From Patescibacteria group bacterium (GTDB lineage Bacteria; Patescibacteriota; UBA1384; XYA2-FULL-43-10), in NCBI GenBank assembly GCA_041674405.1, contig JBAYVT010000001.1:90001-122000 (forward strand): a DNA stretch of 32,000 bases, written 5' to 3'. Both the position numbers and the translations under genes were made by a program. Positions 25,930 to 32,000 of the stretch are shown here, piece by piece. Position 1 is the stretch's first letter; each line of letters opens with the position of its first letter. The notes beneath the pieces are model-generated. The model saw only the letters and a list, made by a program, of their open reading frames with translations. It had not been told where the DNA came from and did not search any database.

Positions 25930-25958
25930 TTGTCGATTTTTGATTCTTTTGTTAGAAT
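25930..25958 (+). promoter_or_regulatory. Sigma70-like promoter upstream of the UbiA-like gene
   Basis: TTGTCG, 17-bp spacer, TAGAAT. Confidence 0.6.
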
Positions 25959-25998
25959 GGCTTTGCCTGAAAAAGGAGTACCTACCATTACAAGGAGA

Positions 25999-27057
25999 GT
26001 GAGCGCAATGCGCGATTGGATCAAGGGAACGGTTCGCCCGATTTCCTTTCTGGCCGTTGTCCCGGTATTACTTGGTGCAATTGTCAGCGGAACGCGCATG
26101 GACCATCACATTGCCTATGCGCTCCTCGGTGCGATTTTGGCTGTTGGCTTCGCCAACAGCTTTAACATTGTAATCGATCGCAAGATTGACAAACACAATC
26201 CCGACAAGAAAACCCTAGCCATTCGTCAACCGGTGAGGGCTTGGTACGGAGTGCTGTTTCTGCTGCCCCCGCTGGCTTTCTGTCTGCGCAACTGCCAGTT
26301 CAACCACATCCTCCTCTCGATTCTTTTCTACCTGTCCTGCCTGTACAGTTACTTGTACGGCAATGTGCCAGTGTTGAAGAGAATATCGGTCGCGGCAATT
26401 GTTGCGGCCACGGCCTTCCTTGATGTGGAAAGGTTCAACCTCGCCGTGTGGGTGCTGGCAGTAGTCATCTTTGCCTTCATCTACTGGCGGGAGTCGCACA
26501 AAGATTCCGACGACAGGAAGGAGGATACCGAAATGAAGTTCGCCTGGATTCGGACCGGGATCACGCTCAACTGGTGGCTCGTAACGGCGCCGATCGCGGG
26601 TGCGGCAATTTACCTCTCGTGCCTCGTTGCCACCGGGAAGCCAATCAGCACAGCAGACATAGCGCTCGCGCTCGGCATTGCGATCTCGATCTGGTCGTAC
26701 GTTCAGATCAGGTCGAAATACCATCTGTACAAAGTGCGATTGGCCCATGGGGCGCCTGCAGGCCGCCTGGGAATAGTTGTCTCGATGGTGGGCTTGATGC
26801 CCTCCTTTGTCAACCCGCTGTTCCTGGCCATTGTGGTGGTAAACTGCGCCTCAATCATCCACCGCAGCTTCAGGGGCCAGATCCCTTTCCACACTGGCTC
26901 GATCGCCCATGATGCGTACCTCTGGGCGAGCCTACCGCTCATGGCCATGGCCAAAGTCGGCTATCACCCACTACTTCTCGCCGCATCAATCCTGCTAGCC
27001 AGTGTCACTTGCGCCAACATGCACCGGCTGAAGTGTGCAACAACCCCTGCGATGTAG
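25999..27057 (+). CDS. UbiA-superfamily prenyltransferase-like membrane protein
   Basis: First Asp motif NIVIDRKID (NxxxDxxxD), DR/DxxD-rich second region DSDDRKEDTEMKFAWIRTG, many TM helices. AAGGAG before GTG 25999 / ATG 26008 indicates a start downstream of the ORF-track start at 25930. Confidence 0.75.
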   Translation: MSAMRDWIKGTVRPISFLAVVPVLLGAIVSGTRMDHHIAYALLGAILAVGFANSFNIVIDRKIDKHNPDKKTLAIRQPVRAWYGVLFLLPPLAFCLRNCQFNHILLSILFYLSCLYSYLYGNVPVLKRISVAAIVAATAFLDVERFNLAVWVLAVVIFAFIYWRESHKDSDDRKEDTEMKFAWIRTGITLNWWLVTAPIAGAAIYLSCLVATGKPISTADIALALGIAISIWSYVQIRSKYHLYKVRLAHGAPAGRLGIVVSMVGLMPSFVNPLFLAIVVVNCASIIHRSFRGQIPFHTGSIAHDAYLWASLPLMAMAKVGYHPLLLAASILLASVTCANMHRLKCATTPAM

Positions 27058-27081
27058 TCTCGGCTACCCCGCAACATCAGG

Positions 27082-27115
27082 ACAGCTCGTCTCCCCGGCG
27101 AGCTGTTTTGTTTTT
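27082..27115 (+). terminator. Terminator of the UbiA-like gene
   Basis: ACAGCTCG-TCTCCCCGG-CGAGCTGT followed by TTTGTTTTT. Confidence 0.88.
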
Positions 27116-27266
27116 CATGCATTTTTGGGCAATATTACAAATGTTAAATGCCAACTTCTTGATACCATATATCAAGTTATGAAATTATAGCTACATGGCT
27201 CGTTGACTTTTTGATTTGTTTTAAGTAGATTTATCATACATTTAGTCGCAACTAGAAATTTTTCAA

Positions 27267-30176
27267 ATGAAAAAAGAAAAAACTATTCGCGATAAGGCCA
27301 TGCGCCACACCGGCATTGAAATTGTCGGCGATATGCCATGGGGTACTCATTTTTGCCAGTTTTATAAAACCAAAGAAGATCTTATCGATGTTTTAGTCCC
27401 CTACTTTAGAGAGGGACTTTTAAATAATGAAAAATGTATTTGGGTCACTTCCGGCTTTTTAAATGATGACGAAGCGATCACCGCGCTTCTTAAAGTAGTT
27501 CCAAGCATTCAAAAATATATAAAAAGCGGCCAGATTGAAATTTTCCCGTACACTAATTGGTATTTGAAACACGGAAAATTTGATCTTAAGCGCGTCCTTG
27601 CCAAGTGGGTTAAAAAACACGATGAAGCGATAAGAGATGGTTATGAAGGAATAAGAGTTACCGGAAATCCGTTTTGGATCGATAACAAGAAGGACTGGAA
27701 TGATTTTGCCGAGTACGATGCTGAAATTAATAATATTATTGATGATTATAATCTTCTCATTCTTTGCACTTACTCGCTTGAAAAATGCAACTCAGATGCA
27801 ATTTTCGACGTGGTTGCAAACCATGAATTTGCCCTGACCAAACGTGATGGAAAGTGGAAATTAATTGAAAATTCCGAACACAAAAAAACAGGGCAAGCCC
27901 TGCTAGAAAGTGAAAAAAAATACCGTTCGTTGTTTGACCAAATGTCGGAAGGCTTTGCACTGCATGAAATTATTTGCGATAAAAGTGGAAAACCAATTGA
28001 TTATCGTTTTATAAATGTAAATCCCGGATTTGAAAAGTTAACAGGCCTAAAAGCGAAAAATATAAACGGGAAATTACTTAGTGATGTATTGCCCAATGAA
28101 GATCCCAAATGGCTGCGCGAATATGGCGAAGTGGCACTCACTGGCAAACCGGCTCGTTTTGAAAGTTATTCACCAACCTTAAAACGCTATTATAATGTTT
28201 TTGCATATTCGACAAACCCGGGGCAGTTCGCTGTAATTTTTTCTGATATCACAGACAGAAAACTTGCTGAAATTGAAACGGCAACTAATCTAATGAAATA
28301 TTCTGTTTTATTTAATTCAATTCCTGTGGGAGTTAGTGTTACTGATCGCAAGGGAAATATTATCGAAACAAATGAAGAAACATCCAGGATTTTAGAAGAG
28401 TCACGCGAGAGCATAATGGGAAGAAAAATTGGCCACCCCAAATGGAAATCCATTTATTCCGATGGAAAGAAAATCAAACCCGATGAATTTCCAAGCCTTA
28501 CTACCCTGCATGAAAAACGCATTGTTGATGATTTTGAGATGGGGCTCGTAAAAGAAAAAAACAAAATTACCTGGATCAGTGTATCCTCCCAACCAATACA
28601 GAAAATCGAGGATTACGGGGTACTTACCACATATATAGACATAACCAAACGCAAGCTGGCCGAAAATGAGCTAAAAAAGCTTCAACAACAAATGACTGCA
28701 ATTTTGGAAAACATCGATGGTGGGTTTATTGCATTAAACAAAGATTGGAAATATACATTTATAAACAAAAAGGCGGCAAATAATTTATTTAAAGAGCCGG
28801 AAGATTTGATCGGAAAAAATATTTGGACGGAGTTTCCAAAACTACTAGGCACTTCTATAGAAAAAAATTTTAGAAAAGTAATGCACACCAACGTGCCTAT
28901 GTACTACGAAGAAAAGGGAATTGAAACAGACCGGTGGTATGAAAACCACATTTATCCCATACCTGAAGGTATTGCGATTTTTTGGAGTGATATTACTGCA
29001 CGTAAACGTGCGGAGCTAGAAAATGCGCTTCTATCTAAAACTCTTAAAAAGGAAGATCGCAGAAAAAACGAATTTATTGCCATACTCGGCCACGAGCTCC
29101 GCAATCCACTTGCTCTCCTTTCCGCATCAATTCAAATCCAGAGGGAGTCTCTTGAAAAATGCCGGAAAGGACAAAAATTTGACAAAAAATTAGTGTTTGA
29201 GGCTAATGAAATTTCAGCCGAGCAGATAAATACAATGTCCACATTACTCAATGATCTTTTGGACATTTCTCGGATATCTCGCGGTAAAATTCAACTCAGA
29301 AAAGAAAAGATTCCTTTAAATTCAATTATTAAAAAAGCAATGAATTCTGTTTTGCCAAATATTGTTGCAAAAAATCATATTCTAAAAGAGGAATTGGCCG
29401 GTGAAAATATTGTCCTCTATGCTGATCCGGTTAGGATTGAGCAAATTATTGTAAACCTACTAAATAATGCCGCCAAATATACTGATCCGAAAGGAAAAAT
29501 TGTTATTAAGACCTCTTTTGATAACAATTTTGCGATTATTTCTATCCGAGACACTGGGATTGGAATACCAAATAACCAATTGGATGAAATATTTGAACCT
29601 TTCGTGCAATTGAGCACCGCACAAAAAAAATCTCAAGGCGGTCTTGGAATAGGCTTGATGCTGTCCAAACAATTGGCAGAACTTCATGGCGGCGACATAA
29701 AAGCTAAAAGCAACGGTATGAATAAAGGCAGTGAATTTATTGTCCAGATTCCAGCCGATTTAAAACACCGCAACCATTCAAGAATAAGGCAAGAAAACAA
29801 AAACGAAGGCAAAACAACAAAAAAAGTCCTCTTGGTAGATGATAATACACGGATAGCCGAGTTGTTTAGTAAGTTACTATCTCAATTTGGATATCTTACC
29901 AAAACAGCTTTTGAGGGCGAAAGCGCAATCAAAATTTCAAAGTCATTTAATCCAGATATTATTTTACTTGATATCGGCCTTCCAGGAATCGATGGCCATG
30001 AAACTGCCAGATTGCTTCGAAAACAACACAGAAACAACCCTTCTTTAAAAATAATTGCCATAAGCGGATACGGAACAAGCGAGGATAAAAAGAAATCAAA
30101 AGAAGCAGGTTGTGACGCGCACATAACCAAACCGGTTAATGCTAACAAGCTCCGTGAAATTATTGAGGCTATATAA
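27267..30176 (+). CDS. Hybrid sensor histidine kinase: MEDS-type sensory domain, multiple PAS domains, HisKA, HATPase_c and receiver
   Basis: N-terminal GDMPWGTHFCQFYKTKEDLIDVLVPYFREGLLNNEKCIWVTS (MEDS/DcmR-like), H-box FIAILGHELRNPL, ATPase motifs DTGIGIPNNQLDEIFEPF and GGLGIGLMLSKQL, REC VLLVDDNTRIAELFSKLL ... DIILLDIGLPGIDG. Confidence 0.93.
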   Translation: MKKEKTIRDKAMRHTGIEIVGDMPWGTHFCQFYKTKEDLIDVLVPYFREGLLNNEKCIWVTSGFLNDDEAITALLKVVPSIQKYIKSGQIEIFPYTNWYLKHGKFDLKRVLAKWVKKHDEAIRDGYEGIRVTGNPFWIDNKKDWNDFAEYDAEINNIIDDYNLLILCTYSLEKCNSDAIFDVVANHEFALTKRDGKWKLIENSEHKKTGQALLESEKKYRSLFDQMSEGFALHEIICDKSGKPIDYRFINVNPGFEKLTGLKAKNINGKLLSDVLPNEDPKWLREYGEVALTGKPARFESYSPTLKRYYNVFAYSTNPGQFAVIFSDITDRKLAEIETATNLMKYSVLFNSIPVGVSVTDRKGNIIETNEETSRILEESRESIMGRKIGHPKWKSIYSDGKKIKPDEFPSLTTLHEKRIVDDFEMGLVKEKNKITWISVSSQPIQKIEDYGVLTTYIDITKRKLAENELKKLQQQMTAILENIDGGFIALNKDWKYTFINKKAANNLFKEPEDLIGKNIWTEFPKLLGTSIEKNFRKVMHTNVPMYYEEKGIETDRWYENHIYPIPEGIAIFWSDITARKRAELENALLSKTLKKEDRRKNEFIAILGHELRNPLALLSASIQIQRESLEKCRKGQKFDKKLVFEANEISAEQINTMSTLLNDLLDISRISRGKIQLRKEKIPLNSIIKKAMNSVLPNIVAKNHILKEELAGENIVLYADPVRIEQIIVNLLNNAAKYTDPKGKIVIKTSFDNNFAIISIRDTGIGIPNNQLDEIFEPFVQLSTAQKKSQGGLGIGLMLSKQLAELHGGDIKAKSNGMNKGSEFIVQIPADLKHRNHSRIRQENKNEGKTTKKVLLVDDNTRIAELFSKLLSQFGYLTKTAFEGESAIKISKSFNPDIILLDIGLPGIDGHETARLLRKQHRNNPSLKIIAISGYGTSEDKKKSKEAGCDAHITKPVNANKLREIIEAI

Positions 30177-30205
30177 ATCTTTGAGATTATTTACTAAATA
30201 GTGTT

Positions 30206-30240
30206 CTCGGGCGCGCTCTCCGGCGCGCCCGAGTGGGTTT
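30206..30240. terminator. GC-rich 11-bp hairpin with T-tract on the + side
   Basis: CTCGGGCGCGC-TCTCCG-GCGCGCCCGAG then TGGGTTTT, 3' of the histidine kinase; the structure also lies 3' of the 30378-30581 ORF. Confidence 0.8.
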
Positions 30241-30377
30241 TCCGGCTGCCGCTCCGGCGCCGGTTTCGGTTTGCTGGCTTATTAAGGCTTTTAAGCCGCA
30301 CTTGCCTCTCGGAGAACCGCTTGCTGCTCTCCCAACCCCCAGGAACATCCCGAATGTCTGGAAATGATTGTGCTTGC

Positions 30378-30581
30378 CTAGCTGATGACATTGCTCTCAG
30401 CCTCCTCATAAGCGAAAGAGCAAAGCCCTCCATTTACGGCTACCATCCGCGCTCTCTTTATCCCAGACATCGTCAGCGCAACAAGAATGGTGCCAGCGCT
30501 CTCTCGCTTGACAACCACCCTCTGCCCTTTCTTGTCCACGATCACTCCATCCTTAGCAATCAAAGTTCCATCACAAGCCAT
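30378..30581 (-). CDS. Small hypothetical protein
   Basis: MACDGTLIAKDGVIVDKKGQRVVVKRESAGTILVALTMSGIKRARMVAVNGGLCSFAYEEAESNVIS, with a good GGGAGGAAG Shine-Dalgarno. Confidence 0.55.
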   Translation of the reverse strand: MACDGTLIAKDGVIVDKKGQRVVVKRESAGTILVALTMSGIKRARMVAVNGGLCSFAYEEAESNVIS

Positions 30582-30806
30582 CAATCTTCCTCCCTGTTTG
30601 TTCTGGATGCCAGACCTTCAATCGCTCGAAAATCTGGCACAAAAACAAAAACCGGCCAATGGGCCGGATTTCTTCAAAAAATATTTAGTTAAGCTTTTAC
30701 ATTAAAAATCACGGCCCTGGTGGTCATGTGTAAAATAAAACCAAAAATTTCTTGTGATATTATTCATGCTACTTCAAATATTATCAACAAATTTAAAACA
30801 AGTCAA

Positions 30807-31772
30807 TTATCGTCCTCTGGCTCTTAGATCTTTGTATGTCAAAGTAAGAATTGAGGAAAAAAATCCGCTGGTAATTCCGGAAATAATCAAGAACACAACA
30901 AGTGCAGCACATCCAAATATTATCCAAAAAGCTATTCCCAAGAAATGTGCGACAATATACAGTAAATATCCAATTCCAACAACAAATAATCCAAGAAGAG
31001 TGGTTACGATCGCGATGGCAATCCCAAGGCCGATGCAAAACCCAAAAACGATCAAATACGACAAAACAAAGTGCTGCCAATTTTTATTAAAATACTTACG
31101 TCCAACTGCAATTGCTTTGTCAGCAGGTAAATTTTCTAAAAACAAAGCTCTCTCAACAACCGGAAATATCAAGGCTAAATAAATAGTGTAAAAAATGAAC
31201 ACAAGGCCAAATAATATTCCAAAAACTATTGCCAGTGTCTTCATTTCGTATATCAAAAGCATGATGATTGGAATCAGAAGTACCAAAAAGGGAAGAATTA
31301 TAATAAAAAACCAAATTACCGAAAGGCTTAAGCGGCGCCAGAATAATTTGTGCCCAAGCAGCCACGAATCCTTCAATCTTAGATCTTTGCCATCATCAAG
31401 CTTTGGAATCGCTCGAATCAAGGCACCCCTTGAAGCTAGCGAGATATATATTAAGGCTGCTACTAAAACAATGGCCAATATCATAATCCCGACCCAAATA
31501 TAAATACTGTCAAAAATTTGCGGTCCCATAGAATCAACCAAGGCTTTACCGGCATCCTTAACTTCCGCTCTTGCCAAGCTGGCGATAGTTCCATTGTTGG
31601 GTACCAGCTCCTTTAATCTCTGGTAATCCGGTTGAGCGTTGTTATCGAATAAATAATTAATCTGGTTTGATCCGAAAGAAAATCCACCCGAAAGCAGACC
31701 AAGAAACCAGAGATATTTGTATTTTTTTATAAGGTTAAACGAGCGCTTTATAATACTTTCGAAATTTATCAT
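30807..31772 (-). CDS. Polytopic membrane protein of unknown function
   Basis: 321 aa, about six hydrophobic helices, similar in style to DUF7544/glycerophosphoryl-diester-phosphodiesterase membrane-domain proteins; the family is not certain. Confidence 0.75.
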   Translation of the reverse strand: MINFESIIKRSFNLIKKYKYLWFLGLLSGGFSFGSNQINYLFDNNAQPDYQRLKELVPNNGTIASLARAEVKDAGKALVDSMGPQIFDSIYIWVGIMILAIVLVAALIYISLASRGALIRAIPKLDDGKDLRLKDSWLLGHKLFWRRLSLSVIWFFIIILPFLVLLIPIIMLLIYEMKTLAIVFGILFGLVFIFYTIYLALIFPVVERALFLENLPADKAIAVGRKYFNKNWQHFVLSYLIVFGFCIGLGIAIAIVTTLLGLFVVGIGYLLYIVAHFLGIAFWIIFGCAALVVFLIISGITSGFFSSILTLTYKDLRARGR

Positions 31773-31894
31773 CTGATCTCCTGATTTTGCCTTACCGGCT
31801 CACCATTCTTTGTATTTACAAAATTAAAATACGCGAACAGGGCAAACCCGATGATGATTACCAACAAAACTGAAAGCAATATCTTTTTTGACAT
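31769..31894 (-). CDS. 41-aa single-TM small protein, translationally coupled to the downstream membrane protein
   Basis: MSKKILLSVLLVIIIGFALFAYFNFVNTKNGEPVRQNQEIR. Its TGA overlaps the ATG of the next gene (ATGA). Absent from the ORF track. Confidence 0.6.
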   Translation of the reverse strand: MSKKILLSVLLVIIIGFALFAYFNFVNTKNGEPVRQNQEIR

Positions 31895-32000
31895 ATATCC
31901 CTAAGATTAGAAAAGATTTACAATGATGCTTTTATTTTTTAATCCTGAAAGCCAGCTGTCAAAACTTTCGTCGATAATACCAGTTTTGCTTTCCACTTTG

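Noticed and set aside
26215-26954. Long alternative-frame ORFs within the UbiA-like gene
   Set aside because: They are shadow frames of a GC-rich gene; the + frame with NxxxDxxxD, promoter and Shine-Dalgarno is preferred.

Overview
This 32 kb bacterial window is mostly AT-rich and looks like a small-genome or candidate-phylum lineage; that lineage call is inference from gene content and style only. Supported genes: a large-type purL; an rny-ymdB-HU cluster; an AmrS-like radical SAM enzyme; a minus-strand tRNA array (Pro-Gly-Arg-His-[P-loop ORF]-Arg-Lys-Glu); a glycosyltransferase/GtrA/GT39 cluster; tRNA-Thr and tRNA-Gly; small KGG, TM2 and DUF2752 genes; NUDIX; DUF488; a matrixin-like metalloprotease; a ZIP transporter; DUF1254; a 2-hydroxyacid dehydrogenase; GNAT; tRNA-Asp; exonuclease III; a UbiA-like protein; a MEDS/PAS/hybrid histidine kinase; and membrane proteins. 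The most unusual signal lies outside the proteins. Two intact tRNA genes (Pro at 9808-9884, Asp at 24390-24466) each have, about 120-180 bp beyond their 3' end, a second copy of exactly their own last 18 nt, including CCA. Both copies break at the same T-loop position, and both breaks join the same block (+ strand ATCTCACGCGGC...). Other notable signals are a set of GC-rich ORFs carried behind AT-rich host-like promoters, a P-loop ORF embedded in the tRNA array, degenerate tRNA-like relics, a 28-bp imperfect direct repeat flanking one gene, and a 20-bp GC palindrome. No CRISPR array, rRNA or transposase was recognised.
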